Below, piece by piece: positions 26,052-36,658 of a DNA stretch of 64,000 bases. This DNA is from a virus, in the IMG/VR virus record IMGVR_UViG_3300027985_000918, positions 7,482-71,481 of that record; one strand, given 5' to 3'. The first letter of the stretch is position 1. Each line of letters starts with the position of its first letter. A program made the position numbers and the translations under genes. The notes below the pieces were generated by a model. That model saw only the letters and a program-made list of their open reading frames with translations, made no database searches and was not told the origin of the DNA.

Positions 26052-27302
26052 ATGAGTGACTCCACCCTCACCTGCAAGCTATGTGGGTACCTCCATTCGG
26101 ATTACCTGGGGAACCACCTGGCGGAAGAGCACGGGATCTCGATCCAGGACTACCTCCGGCAGTTCCCAGGGTCGTCTGTTGCCAGTTCGGCTCTTCTCGA
26201 CCTATTCACCCAACGCAACTCGGCCCGCATTGAGAGGCGTCATCCGCCGTCCCCCCAGAACCTCACCGTGAACTTGATGGGGATCGAGTTCCCGGTCAAC
26301 CCCAACGTGCCTTCTTCCTCCTGCCTCACTCTCCCCTGGAAGTTCCGGTTCCCCGAGGATCGGTCTTCGCCTTTGTATGAGGACTTCAAGATGGGGCTGG
26401 TGGCGCTGAAGAGGGACCGGAGCATGTACGTCCACGGTCTGCCTGGTTCCAGCAAGGACAGCTTCTTCCATGCGTTCTCCGCCCTTACCCATAGGCCAGG
26501 GAAGAAGTTCGCCATCAAGCAGGGGGCCGACATTCAGTCCTGGTTCTACACCAGATCTGTGGACTCCAGCGGGACGGGGTGGGAAGAGGGCGAGTTGCTG
26601 AAGGCCCTGAGAGACGGCTATGCCGTGCGGGACGAGCATGGCAGCATCATCGAGTGCATCCCCTATATCATCTTGATCTCGGACTTCGACCGGGCGGACC
26701 GCTCCCAGGCCGAATATCTGCGGCTGATCCTCGACACCATCGAGGGCATGGTGGAAGGCCCAAGTGGAGAGTTGTTTCCCGTGGTTCCGGGAACCATCAT
26801 CGCTGCCACGGGGAATACTGCTGGTTCGGGGGACCCCCGAGGGAGGATGACCTCCGCCAACATCATCGACAGCTCCATTATGGACCGATGGGACCGGGTG
26901 TACGAGTTCCACTGGATGAGTTGGGAAGATGAGGGGAAGATTTGCACGGACAAGTTCCCTGAGCTGGTGACCAGATCCCCCGAGATCATCGAGGTGATGG
27001 GGAAGATCACCCAGGCCCTTCGCCAGCAGATTGCCGACGAAGACCTGTACGCCGAGTTCAGTCACCGTGCGGTTTGCCAGATCTTGGAGAACGCACAGGA
27101 CTTGGTGTTCGAGTCTTCTACCACCGGAACCTTCGACGCCTCTGCACTGATCAGCCAGTCGTCTCGGTGCTGGCTGGACCGCCTGGGAGACCCCGAGGTC
27201 CGGGAGACCGCCGTATCAGCAATGGCCCCCCATCTGTCGGGGGGGATGCGGACGGACGGGCGTCGGAAAACGGGTGCCGGAAAATTCAAGAAGGGGCTGT
27301 AA
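26052..27302 (+). CDS. MoxR/CobS-like AAA+ ATPase with N-terminal C2H2 finger
   Basis: CKLC..HL..EH; GLPGSSK; ISDFDR; ATGNT; SIMDRW. Confidence 0.75.
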   Translation: MSDSTLTCKLCGYLHSDYLGNHLAEEHGISIQDYLRQFPGSSVASSALLDLFTQRNSARIERRHPPSPQNLTVNLMGIEFPVNPNVPSSSCLTLPWKFRFPEDRSSPLYEDFKMGLVALKRDRSMYVHGLPGSSKDSFFHAFSALTHRPGKKFAIKQGADIQSWFYTRSVDSSGTGWEEGELLKALRDGYAVRDEHGSIIECIPYIILISDFDRADRSQAEYLRLILDTIEGMVEGPSGELFPVVPGTIIAATGNTAGSGDPRGRMTSANIIDSSIMDRWDRVYEFHWMSWEDEGKICTDKFPELVTRSPEIIEVMGKITQALRQQIADEDLYAEFSHRAVCQILENAQDLVFESSTTGTFDASALISQSSRCWLDRLGDPEVRETAVSAMAPHLSGGMRTDGRRKTGAGKFKKGL

Positions 27303-27304
27303 GC

Positions 27305-28069
27305 ATGAAGGTTTCCGCCAAGACTTTCTACGAGCCCCTGCTGGTCACCTTGCTGGAGTTGTCTGGTGGGAAGGCGAACACCGCAGTGGACCACAACGAG
27401 GTGTACGGGCCTGCTGCCCAGCGGGTCAACCTCGAAATCGATCAGTTTGGGGACAACCCCGACGGCAAGCCCAAAGTCATCCGATGGATGCAGGAGGCGG
27501 TGAAAGCCCTCCGCCAACAGCATTGGGTGGACTCCCCTGCCAAGGGAAAATGGGCTCTGACTCTACCGGGAGTGCAGGAGGCCCAACGTCTGCGATCCCT
27601 CGCCACACCCCTTTTGGAACAGCGGGGACCTCAGCCTCTGGCTCCCCACACCCCCAAAATCAAGGGGCACCCCTATCACGATGATCCCCACGTCCGTCTC
27701 CTGGCAGCCCAGATGTCCCCCTGTATCGGGGGGTATTCGGACAAGAGCCCCGTCTGCACCACATGCCCCATCCAGGCTTCCTGCATGAATGAAATGGCTG
27801 TGGAGCTGTCCTACTGCGCAGAGCTGCTGGAGAGACAGCGGGATCAAGGGGAGAAGGTGGCACTGCGAAAGAGCCAACCTGCGGGGGCTTTAAGCCAAGC
27901 GGACATGGGCAAAGCCCGCCTCATGGAGTGTACCCGAGAGTACACTTGCTCAGTGTGCGGCAAGGTTATCTCCCAGGGGAGTAAGGCCATGTGGATCCCC
28001 ACGGCTCGTGGGAGGGTGTTCTTGCACTCCGCATGCCACCGGAAGATGACCCAGAAGGAAGGCCCATGA
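27305..28069 (+). CDS. Mrr N-terminal-like winged helix + Cys-rich protein
   Basis: PLL..L...GG...W...L.....DSPAKGKWALT..G; C-terminal CSVC...HSAC. Confidence 0.6.
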   Translation: MKVSAKTFYEPLLVTLLELSGGKANTAVDHNEVYGPAAQRVNLEIDQFGDNPDGKPKVIRWMQEAVKALRQQHWVDSPAKGKWALTLPGVQEAQRLRSLATPLLEQRGPQPLAPHTPKIKGHPYHDDPHVRLLAAQMSPCIGGYSDKSPVCTTCPIQASCMNEMAVELSYCAELLERQRDQGEKVALRKSQPAGALSQADMGKARLMECTREYTCSVCGKVISQGSKAMWIPTARGRVFLHSACHRKMTQKEGP

Positions 28070-28542
28070 AAACTCACGAGTTCACTAACCGTCTCAACTC
28101 CCTGCTGACTGAACTGGCGGAGTTGGGGGTGGAGATCCAGCAGAGAGCTGGCACGATGCCCCTCAAGGATGAGGTGGAGATCGGACAAGCCCTCTGGAAG
28201 CTCAGCAACGCCGCCCGAGCCGCCCTGGGGCCCATCAAGGAAAGTCTCCGGGGAGAAGCGGAGCAGCGCTCGAATGGGGTGGGGACTCAGTTTTTGCATG
28301 GGAGGACTGTAGGTTCCCGCTGCACCGTCAATACCCCCCTCCCTCAAGTCGTCCTCCGGGAGGGGGTGACCTGGGACGACATCCGGGATGACCTGGGGGC
28401 CGAAGCCCATACCTTCTTCACCGTATCAGTACACCCTGACTTCCACGCCAGGGCGGAAAGGGCTGCCCCCGAGACTCTGGGGAAGTTGGTCCGTTTGACG
28501 AACACCCGCACCGTTATCCCCCGAGTGACTTTCAACGACTGA
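28066..28542 (+). CDS. hypothetical protein
   Basis: ATGA overlap with the upstream stop. Confidence 0.6.
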   Translation: MKTHEFTNRLNSLLTELAELGVEIQQRAGTMPLKDEVEIGQALWKLSNAARAALGPIKESLRGEAEQRSNGVGTQFLHGRTVGSRCTVNTPLPQVVLREGVTWDDIRDDLGAEAHTFFTVSVHPDFHARAERAAPETLGKLVRLTNTRTVIPRVTFND

Positions 28543-28616
28543 CTCTCCGAGTTCCGCCCCCCTGGAGGTAACTTCGCCGTTCAGCAGAGTAGCTCCTACG
28601 AGCTACACGGAGATGA

Positions 28617-30044
28617 ATGATGAGTTTCAAGAACCAGGTGGTGCAGGATCAGGGAAGTCGTTTCCACCTTCCCCAGATCAAGACGATGAGGTCCCCCGCC
28701 GTGGCCTTCCTGTCTCCCGAACTCTTCGAGGCGACCAAGGAAGACCTGTGGAAGCAGGCATTCGACTCGGCCAGCTATGATGGGGTCACCGGGGTGTACT
28801 TGATGCCCGACACCCACGTCGGATATGGCATTCCCGTGGGCGGGGTTGTCGTGACGAACGACACGATCATCCAGTCGGGGTCGGGGTACGACATCTCGTG
28901 TGGGGTTGTGTACATGGAGACCACCCTCCACGCCTCGGACATTGCAGACCCGGAAAAGCGAAGGCAGTGGATCGAAGCCGTCAACATGCGGGTCGCCGTC
29001 GGGGTCGGGGCTGATCCGACCAACCTCATGAAGAAGCCCAGCCCCCGGGAGATGGAGGACATGTTCCTCCACGGTGCCCAAGCCCTGGGGGTTCACAAGG
29101 ACCACTGCGAGAGGCAGTGCATCGAGGTGGACGAAGACAAGTTCATGGACCGGGGCATCCGCAAGTCCCCGTTCCTTCGCAAAGCCCTCGACAAGGCGGC
29201 CCCGCAGCTCGGTTCACTGGGAGGTGGGAACCACTTCATCGAGATGCAGGTCGATGCCAAGACGGGCAAGGTCTGGTTGATGGTACATACCGGATCCCGG
29301 GGATTCGGGTGGAATGTCGCCAAGCATTTCTTCCTGGCGGGGGCGGAACTCCGTGGGCTGCCGTCGAACCAGGCAGAGCAGTCGTGGCTGTACCACGATG
29401 AGCCGTTGGGCCAGATGTACTGGGCTTGGCACAACGCTGCGGCAAACTATGCCATCGCCAACCGACACACCATCGTGAAGGGGGTCACGGGGGCTACCGA
29501 AGAGGTGTTCAGCTCGACCCCGAAGGTGTTCTACGAGATCTCCCATAACCTGGTCCAGTGGGAGACCCTGGTGTTGCCGGACGGGACCCTTTCCAAGGGA
29601 TTCGTTCACCGTAAGGGGGCGACCCGGGCTTTCCCTGCCGGCCACCCGGACCTGGTAGGGACGAAGTGGGCTGACACGGGCCACCCGTGCCTCATCCCGG
29701 GCTCGATGTTCGACGGCGCCGCCATCCTCTATCCCAGCGAGGGGGCGATGGCTAGTGGGTGCTCCGTCAACCACGGCTCGGGTCGGGTCAAGGGCCGCAA
29801 AGAGGCCAAGCGGGACCTGGGTGAGTACCAGGATGTCGTGAACGAGGAGATGGCGACTGTCCGTCGAGTCTTCGACGGGGTCGAGGTGGTGGGCATCACG
29901 TCCAGCCACTCCGACATCCCGCTCGACGAGTGTGCCCATGTCTACAAGAACCTGGACGCCGTTCTCGATGTGCTGGCGGAGAACAATGTTGCTCGGGTTG
30001 ATTCCCGGCTTTACCCTGTTGCCAACATCAAAGGCAACGACTGA
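28617..30044 (+). CDS. rtcB: RtcB RNA ligase (3'-phosphate/5'-OH)
   Basis: MPDTHVGYGIPVG, GYDISCG, LGGGNHFIE, HTGSRG, SHN, HRKGAT, PGSM, HGSGR, YK. Confidence 0.95.
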   Translation: MMSFKNQVVQDQGSRFHLPQIKTMRSPAVAFLSPELFEATKEDLWKQAFDSASYDGVTGVYLMPDTHVGYGIPVGGVVVTNDTIIQSGSGYDISCGVVYMETTLHASDIADPEKRRQWIEAVNMRVAVGVGADPTNLMKKPSPREMEDMFLHGAQALGVHKDHCERQCIEVDEDKFMDRGIRKSPFLRKALDKAAPQLGSLGGGNHFIEMQVDAKTGKVWLMVHTGSRGFGWNVAKHFFLAGAELRGLPSNQAEQSWLYHDEPLGQMYWAWHNAAANYAIANRHTIVKGVTGATEEVFSSTPKVFYEISHNLVQWETLVLPDGTLSKGFVHRKGATRAFPAGHPDLVGTKWADTGHPCLIPGSMFDGAAILYPSEGAMASGCSVNHGSGRVKGRKEAKRDLGEYQDVVNEEMATVRRVFDGVEVVGITSSHSDIPLDECAHVYKNLDAVLDVLAENNVARVDSRLYPVANIKGND

Positions 30045-30052
30045 GGATCACC

Positions 30053-30331
30053 ATGAACGTATTGCTGGTTTGGGACGAGAATCCGGATCGAATTCTGACC
30101 TTCTACATCCAGGACGCACCCGAGTGGATGTTGGAGTGCCACGGGAAGTACATCAACGGGGATGATCTGCCCGAGGACCACCCGATCTTCCGCATCAACG
30201 ACGCCGTCGGGGATCCCCAGTACGCCCAGGATCCCGAGTACGCCGGGAAGTGGCGGGGGTGCGAGATCAAGGATGCCCAGATTTCCAAGGAAGGGCCGTT
30301 CCACGTCGTGATCTGTGGGTTCTTCATGTGA
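30053..30331 (+). CDS. hypothetical protein
   Basis: 92 aa with GAGG RBS. Confidence 0.6.
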   Translation: MNVLLVWDENPDRILTFYIQDAPEWMLECHGKYINGDDLPEDHPIFRINDAVGDPQYAQDPEYAGKWRGCEIKDAQISKEGPFHVVICGFFM

Positions 30332-30384
30332 GACTCGGTGCATCAACCGAGGAGATGAAGTAACCCAGCAAGGAGACCCTCCAA

Positions 30385-31080
30385 ATGAAGAACTTCCTCC
30401 GCATGTTCGTGGATATGCCCGAACCCAAGACTCCTCCTGAAATCGAGACCGATTCTGTCACCGGAGAGGTAGACATCGACGCCCTGATCCGACAAGCCGA
30501 TGCCAGCCTGGGTGGGGACCCCTCGGCCCCGGGGCGGGCTACCGCCCCGGAGCCCCCAAAGCCGAAGCCTACTCCTCTGGAGTGGTCCCTAGGGGAAGTG
30601 TTTCAGGCGGGCGGAGTCCAAGGAGGACGGAACAGCGCCGACACGGTGCTGACTCTCAAGGCCAGCCTTTCCCAGTTCCCCGATGTGCAGAAGCGGGCGA
30701 TGATTCGGGCGATGGATGCCGCCGACGATACCTGGGACGAAGCCACGGTCATCCAGGACGCCAAGAAGAGGTTGTTGGTCCTCCAGCACTACCTCGGGCA
30801 CATCGACAAGGATGAGGCCGCTCGGGTCGCCACCATCTCCCAATCCACGGCGGAGACCAAGCTCAAGAACGACGCCCTGATCGCAGAGCTGGACTCCCAG
30901 ATCTCCACCCTCCAACAGCAGCGGGAAGGGTTGGTGGCTGCCAACATCAAGGCGGATGAACAGTCGGCCGCCCAGTCGGACGCTGTGCGAGGCAAGGCGG
31001 ATGCCCGCCGGGAAGAGGTCCGTCTGCGGAGCGAAGAATACCGCCACCTCGTTGGGTTCTTCGAGCATCCAAATGCGTAG
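30385..31080 (+). CDS. coiled-coil hypothetical protein
   Basis: 231 aa, AGGAG RBS, helical C-terminal half. Confidence 0.7.
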   Translation: MKNFLRMFVDMPEPKTPPEIETDSVTGEVDIDALIRQADASLGGDPSAPGRATAPEPPKPKPTPLEWSLGEVFQAGGVQGGRNSADTVLTLKASLSQFPDVQKRAMIRAMDAADDTWDEATVIQDAKKRLLVLQHYLGHIDKDEAARVATISQSTAETKLKNDALIAELDSQISTLQQQREGLVAANIKADEQSAAQSDAVRGKADARREEVRLRSEEYRHLVGFFEHPNA

Positions 31081-31174
31081 GTTCCGGGCGTTTTGGTCTG
31101 GAACTCCGGGTAACTGGGACCCCCGATTCGAGTAGAGCCCTGTGTGAAAACCTTAGCCGTAGGAGAAGATCGTC

Positions 31175-32962
31175 ATGAAGCTCAAGCCCGCCGGAAAGGC
31201 CCTCATCGCCCTGCTGGTGATCGTACCGGCCATCGTGTTCGTGTACCTGAACTACTTCCGGGACTCCCTCCAGGAGAGCGCTTCGTCCGACAAGGCCGAG
31301 ACCTCTCAGACCGAACAGCACAAGCCCGAAACCACCGTCGCCGCCGGACACGGTGGGGAGATCAAGGAGGTCAGAGTCGCCAAGACCGATCCCCAGGGCA
31401 ACCTCATCAAGGACGAGGCGGGGGACCCCGTCGTCGAGGTCAGGGCAGAGAACGTGTACACCGTGTGCCTGAGCGAGTGGCCCGGCCACATGGCTGGGGT
31501 CATCGCCTGCGGAGGGCTGACGACCCAGCCGGGGAGCTATTGTTCGACCGTGCGATCCAGCTACGGGGACAGCCCCGGTGTGCAACTCTCCTTCAAGTTC
31601 ATCGAGGACCCCATCGCCAAGAACGCTGCCCTCATCAAGGGAGAGTGCGACTTCGTGTGGCAGACGGTGGACGAGCTGCCGCTCAATTACGCCGCTTACA
31701 AGGAGGCTGGCGTTGATGCTGCCGCTTTCGTCCAAATCGACTGGAGTCGGGGAGGTGACGCCTGTGTGGCGGCCAACGGCATCAAGTCCCCTCGGGATCT
31801 GCTAGGCAATGGCAAGGGGGCGGCGCTCATGTCGTTCACCCCGGACCACACCCTGTACGAATACTGGATCACCAACAGCACCCTGACCCCCCAGGAGGTC
31901 AACCAGCTCCGGTCTCTGACCAAGCGCCACGACACGGATCCGACGTTCGGGGCCCAGCTTTTCATCAAGGGGCAGGTAGACCTCGCCTGCCTCTGGGAGC
32001 CTGACGTGTCCAACGCCCTGCGGGAACGGGCGGGGAGCTACCGGGTGTTCTCGACGGCCGACGCCACCACCCTGATCGCAGATGTGCTCCTGGCCCGCAC
32101 GACATTCCTGAAGAAGAACCCCAGCGTGGCCGAAAAGGTCGCCAGGGTGTTCCTGGAGGGAGGTCGCATCGGTCGTCAGGACAAGGACTCCGCCGCCCAC
32201 CTCGTCAGCCTCGTAGTTCCCCGATTCCGGAGCGAGCTGGGGTTCTCCGGAACCCGCAAGGCGTTCGACTGGGTCCGATGGAATGACATCGGGGACAACG
32301 TAGGGATGTTCGGCCTCGACGGGTCTGACCCCCAGTTCGACGTAGTGTACGGACAGGCAGACAGCATCTGGAGCGAGTACAAGGACCCGAGCACGGGTGA
32401 CCCCGTCCTGTCCCAGAAGTTCATGCCGCATACCCTGCGAGACCGCTCCATCCTGGCACGCATCTACCAGGAGGCCGAACAGGAGAGGGCCGCCTCTGAG
32501 CGGGCCGCCAGGGAGACGCTGGCTGCCAACCCGGCGGCCCAGGTGGAGATGCCGGCGCCCATCGCTCCGGAGAAGCCCCAGTACGATCCGAGGGTGGCTC
32601 AGTCCGGTAAGGCGACGCTCCGCAAGTCGGTGACCATCAACTTCGACACGGGGGTGTCCGAGCTGGACCTGGCCGCCCGCTCCATCCTCAAGAGGGACGT
32701 GCTCACACAGCTCCGGCTTGCCATGGGCATGTCCGTCCGAGTCGAGGGCAACACCGACGACGTGGGCCCCACCGACGTCAACCGCAGACTGTCTGGGAAG
32801 AGGGCCCATTCGGTCAAGGAGTTCCTCATCCAGATGGGTGTGGACCCCAACCGCATCGCCTCCGTCGGCATGGGGGAGGCCAACCCGATTTGCAACATGA
32901 AGACCGAGGACTGCCGGGCGCTCAACCGGCGGACCGATATCGTCTTCGTCAGCGCTCAGTAA
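31175..32962 (+). CDS. ABC substrate-binding protein (NMT1/SsuA-like) fused to OmpA-like domain
   Basis: N-terminal TM anchor, IDWSRGGD, LWEPDV, LIADV; C-terminal INFDTG..VEGNTD..N..LS.KRA..NRRTD. Confidence 0.85.
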   Translation: MKLKPAGKALIALLVIVPAIVFVYLNYFRDSLQESASSDKAETSQTEQHKPETTVAAGHGGEIKEVRVAKTDPQGNLIKDEAGDPVVEVRAENVYTVCLSEWPGHMAGVIACGGLTTQPGSYCSTVRSSYGDSPGVQLSFKFIEDPIAKNAALIKGECDFVWQTVDELPLNYAAYKEAGVDAAAFVQIDWSRGGDACVAANGIKSPRDLLGNGKGAALMSFTPDHTLYEYWITNSTLTPQEVNQLRSLTKRHDTDPTFGAQLFIKGQVDLACLWEPDVSNALRERAGSYRVFSTADATTLIADVLLARTTFLKKNPSVAEKVARVFLEGGRIGRQDKDSAAHLVSLVVPRFRSELGFSGTRKAFDWVRWNDIGDNVGMFGLDGSDPQFDVVYGQADSIWSEYKDPSTGDPVLSQKFMPHTLRDRSILARIYQEAEQERAASERAARETLAANPAAQVEMPAPIAPEKPQYDPRVAQSGKATLRKSVTINFDTGVSELDLAARSILKRDVLTQLRLAMGMSVRVEGNTDDVGPTDVNRRLSGKRAHSVKEFLIQMGVDPNRIASVGMGEANPICNMKTEDCRALNRRTDIVFVSAQ

Positions 32963-32974
32963 GGGGGAACCGTC

Positions 32975-33847
32975 ATGGCCCACCACAAGGCACGCTACAT
33001 CTGCGTGCCCCCGAGCGGGGGCTGGAAGGTCGTCCTTCCGGTACTGGGGGTGCTCCTGCTAATCGCCGGATGGCAGGTCGCCACCGACATGAAGCTGGCC
33101 AACCCCCAGTTCCTTCCCAGCCCGGGGGCTGTCTGGGAGGCCCTGGTGGCAATGTTCACCGAGGCTCCAACCAAGATCCCCGTGGGGGATGGCACCTTCC
33201 GAGCCCCCGCCGGGTGGTGGGATGGGTTCTTGCACACCCCGGCCCTGCTGCACGGCCAGGCATCGGTCAGCAGGATTCTGCACGCCCTCTGGAATGCCTG
33301 CCTCATCGGTATCCCTCTGGGGGTCTTGATGGGAGCCTTCTGGCAGGTAGAGGGGCTTCTGAAAGCCATCGTGGAACCGATGCGGAATGCCCCAATCATC
33401 GCTTTCCTCCCGCTGTTCATCGAGATCTACGGGGTGGACGAGATGATGAAGGTTCAGTTCCTAGCTTTCGGCACGCTGGTGTACATCATCCCGGCTACCT
33501 TCGATGCTGTGCGGAACGTCCCGTATGCCATCGTGGACAAGGCTGTGGATCACGGTTTCCCGCCTTTCGGGGCACTTTGGCACTACGTGCTCCCAGCGGC
33601 CCTCCCCCGTATTTTCGACGGGGTGAGGCTTTGCACCGGAATCGCCTGGACCTACCTCGTGGCGGCGGAGGTCATGAATGTGACCACGGGCCTCGGGGCC
33701 GCCATCCAGAACGCCCGGAGGTTCAGCAACACCCCCAAAGTGTACGCTGCGATCATCATCATCTTGGCCCTTGGTGTCCTCACGGACCTGGTTTTCCGGG
33801 CCTGCCAGAAGTGGGTCCCCATGCTCAAGCAGGAGAAGGCCGCATGA
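32975..33847 (+). CDS. ABC transporter permease (SsuC/TauC-like)
   Basis: LPSPGAV, multiple TM segments, [12 protein letters not shown]. Confidence 0.9.
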   Translation: MAHHKARYICVPPSGGWKVVLPVLGVLLLIAGWQVATDMKLANPQFLPSPGAVWEALVAMFTEAPTKIPVGDGTFRAPAGWWDGFLHTPALLHGQASVSRILHALWNACLIGIPLGVLMGAFWQVEGLLKAIVEPMRNAPIIAFLPLFIEIYGVDEMMKVQFLAFGTLVYIIPATFDAVRNVPYAIVDKAVDHGFPPFGALWHYVLPAALPRIFDGVRLCTGIAWTYLVAAEVMNVTTGLGAAIQNARRFSNTPKVYAAIIIILALGVLTDLVFRACQKWVPMLKQEKAA

Positions 33848-35025
33848 CCACCAACAACCCCGAAGACGGAAATGGAGACGGCGTGGTGGACATCAAGGAC
33901 GCCTTCGCCAACATCCCCGAGGCCTGCCCCCTCTGTGGTGGTCCCGTCCAGTCTGGCGGGTTCATCGGCGAAGAGGAGGTCCTGGGCTGTTCCGTCTGTG
34001 AATGGCCCAACAGGCCGAAGAAGAGCCTCCAGGAGCTGGCGGAGGCCCCCGGCCTCACCCTCCAGATTTCAAGACCCTGCGTGGAGGTAGATCCCCCGAC
34101 GACCGTCTTCGAGGACTCTCCCATCAAGGTCGAGTTCCTGGGGTGTGGCCAGAACTTCCCCAACAAGGGGGCCGATGGAGGACAGGTCGAGGTCGTCAAG
34201 GACATCACGTTCTCTGCCCAAGGCAACCAGACCGTCGCCATCCTCGGCCCGTCGGGGTGCGGCAAGTCCACCCTGCTCAGGATGGTCTCGGGGATGCACC
34301 CCCGAGGCATCATGATGCCGACGGTGGGGGAGTGCCGCATCAACGACGAGGTCGTGGACCGGCCCCACGACGATGTGCTGACGGTGTTCCAGACCCCCGT
34401 GCTGGCGGGCTGGTTGTCCATTCTGGGAAACGTCAAGCTGGCGTTCAAGGTAGACCTGTTCCGCCCCCGCCGCCGCTGGCCCTGGGAGGTCGCCCTGGAC
34501 ATTCTGATCAGCATCACGGATCGTATCCCGGCCTTGGCCCTCAAGATCCCCTGCTCCAAGCCCATGCAGGAGATTGAACGGCGGGCCATCGAGATCATCA
34601 AGGCGGTGGGGCTCGAAGACGTGATGCACCAGTTCCCCCACCAGCTCTCCGGGGGGCAACGGCAGCGAGCTGCCCTGGCGACAACTCTCGTGGTTCGCCC
34701 GAAGATCATGTGCATGGATGAACCGTTTTCGGCCCTCGATCCAGCTTCCCGAGTGGAGTGCCAGCAGCTCCTGGGGACGTTGAAATCCCAGTATCCCTGC
34801 CTCACTCTCTTCGTGACCCATGATGTTGCGGAAGCGGTTACGGTGGCCGACCGCATCGTGGTGCTGTCAACCCGACCGGCTACCGTTGTGGGGGACTTCC
34901 AAGTCCCCCAGGGTCTGGTCCCCGGCTCCCCTGAGCGCCAGTCTCTGGAGATGAGGATTCACCACCTTCTGCATGAAGTAGCAGGGCAGACGGGGGGGCA
35001 CGGTACCCTGTCGTACACGGTGTAG
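33844..35025 (+). CDS. ABC transporter ATPase (TauB-like) with N-terminal Zn ribbon
   Basis: GPSGCGKST, LSGGQRQR, MDEPFSALD, VTHD; CPLC..CSVC extension. Confidence 0.9.
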   Translation: MTTNNPEDGNGDGVVDIKDAFANIPEACPLCGGPVQSGGFIGEEEVLGCSVCEWPNRPKKSLQELAEAPGLTLQISRPCVEVDPPTTVFEDSPIKVEFLGCGQNFPNKGADGGQVEVVKDITFSAQGNQTVAILGPSGCGKSTLLRMVSGMHPRGIMMPTVGECRINDEVVDRPHDDVLTVFQTPVLAGWLSILGNVKLAFKVDLFRPRRRWPWEVALDILISITDRIPALALKIPCSKPMQEIERRAIEIIKAVGLEDVMHQFPHQLSGGQRQRAALATTLVVRPKIMCMDEPFSALDPASRVECQQLLGTLKSQYPCLTLFVTHDVAEAVTVADRIVVLSTRPATVVGDFQVPQGLVPGSPERQSLEMRIHHLLHEVAGQTGGHGTLSYTV

Positions 35026-35027
35026 GC

Positions 35028-35975
35028 ATGGCAACGAAGAGTTACACATGGGGAGTGTTCAAGCACTGGGCGAACCTCGCTTTCGTGGGAGGGTCGTTGC
35101 TTGCGGGGGTGGTGTTCGGCTGGCCAGTGGTTGCCGTCGCCGCTCTCTGCGAGGGGGCGGCCCTCTGGGTCCTCCCAGACATCCCTGCCGTCAAGAAGAA
35201 CCTGGATGCTGAGAATCGGTACGACCAAATCGGAGAACAGCGGAGATACTACCTCAAGAAGATCTTCGATGCGACCCCGAAGACCCCATCCTCCGGTTTT
35301 TTCTCCTTGTTCGTCTCCCCGGAGACAGACTGGACCCTCCCCAGCAGGGATGAGTGGGGTTACTTCTACGAGTACGTCGACACCAGGAAGTTCAAGCAAT
35401 ACGAACGTCTCATTGCTATCGTCAAAGAGCTGAGGGTGATCATGGGGGTACACTCCGATCAGGTGACAGAACCTCAAATTCAAGCTCTCGACGAGGCGGT
35501 CAACACCTGGCTAAAGCTCATCTACACAGCTCAATCTCTCGACGAAACCCTTCAGGGGATGAGCCGTAAGGATCTGGAGAAGGAGGCCCGAGAGTTGGCA
35601 ACCGCCCAAGAGAAGTCGAGGGGCGACCGGGCTGCGGAGATCGTCCTCCACCAGCGGCTCATCAACCTCAAACAGAAAGTCGAAGCCCTACCCGCACTGG
35701 AGCAGCGAAAAGGACTTGCTCTCGCCCAGGCTGAGAGATTGGTCAGTCAGGCTGAGACGTTCCTCAATACGGTGCGGACGTCGGAGAGTGGGGACGCCAC
35801 AGCTCTCGATTTCATGGTAGACCGCTATCAGCTCCTGGAAGGCCCGTTCGACATGGCAGCGGCCCAGACGGAAATTCAACTTCTGGACGAAGGGGACAAC
35901 CTACTCGACCAGATCCAGGTGGGGCTCGAAATCCAGAGCGAGAGGGCACATCAAGGGGGAGAGGCGGGAAAGTGA
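35028..35975 (+). CDS. membrane-anchored coiled-coil protein
   Basis: two N-terminal TM helices, helical remainder. Confidence 0.7.
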   Translation: MATKSYTWGVFKHWANLAFVGGSLLAGVVFGWPVVAVAALCEGAALWVLPDIPAVKKNLDAENRYDQIGEQRRYYLKKIFDATPKTPSSGFFSLFVSPETDWTLPSRDEWGYFYEYVDTRKFKQYERLIAIVKELRVIMGVHSDQVTEPQIQALDEAVNTWLKLIYTAQSLDETLQGMSRKDLEKEARELATAQEKSRGDRAAEIVLHQRLINLKQKVEALPALEQRKGLALAQAERLVSQAETFLNTVRTSESGDATALDFMVDRYQLLEGPFDMAAAQTEIQLLDEGDNLLDQIQVGLEIQSERAHQGGEAGK

Positions 35976-36574
35976 TGTCCGACGAACAACCCCCCACGAT
36001 GGCGGTTTGTCCAACCTGCGAGGGCTCGGAAACCGTTCCCCAGCGCATGGTACCACTAACAATCTATGAGGAGGTGGTTGCTGAGCGGGACATGCTCCGA
36101 CAATCCGAGGCGTCTCTGCGAAGACACATTAAGCGGCTACCCTGGTTCTGGCTGCTTAGAGTTCTGAAGGCAATCTTGGTATGTGGCATTCTCGGGGCCG
36201 CCGCCTGGCTGATTACGGATGTAGCAGTCCAGGTAGCAGTCCAGGCAGCGGACTACTGGCAGGCTCAGAAAGCCCAGGCTGAAGTCGAGTCCCCCAAGTT
36301 CCCGATGGAAACTGCCCAGTCTCGACAGGGGCAGGCTCTTCTGGCCCGGGAAGAGCATGAAGAGGCGGTTACTCGCATCTTTGGGTGCTTGGAATACTGG
36401 GATGAGCGGAGATGCCTGTGCCTAGAAGAGGCCCTTACCCCGAGCAGCCCTCGAAACTATGTTCGGTTCAACATCATTCCTAACTGCTACAGGGACGTCT
36501 TTTTGTACCGTCTCGGGCAGATGGGGAACCCCCATCCCACGGACACCCCCTCACCACCCTCTCTTTTCGAGTAG
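35972..36574 (+). CDS. hypothetical membrane protein
   Basis: one TM segment, overlaps the upstream stop. Confidence 0.55.
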   Translation: MMSDEQPPTMAVCPTCEGSETVPQRMVPLTIYEEVVAERDMLRQSEASLRRHIKRLPWFWLLRVLKAILVCGILGAAAWLITDVAVQVAVQAADYWQAQKAQAEVESPKFPMETAQSRQGQALLAREEHEEAVTRIFGCLEYWDERRCLCLEEALTPSSPRNYVRFNIIPNCYRDVFLYRLGQMGNPHPTDTPSPPSLFE

Positions 36575-36658
36575 TACCCCCAGGAATCCCGGTAGGGCGC
36601 CTCTATCGAATCCTATATCGGTAGGGGTAAACCCTCTATCGGCTTTGGAGCTACAACC

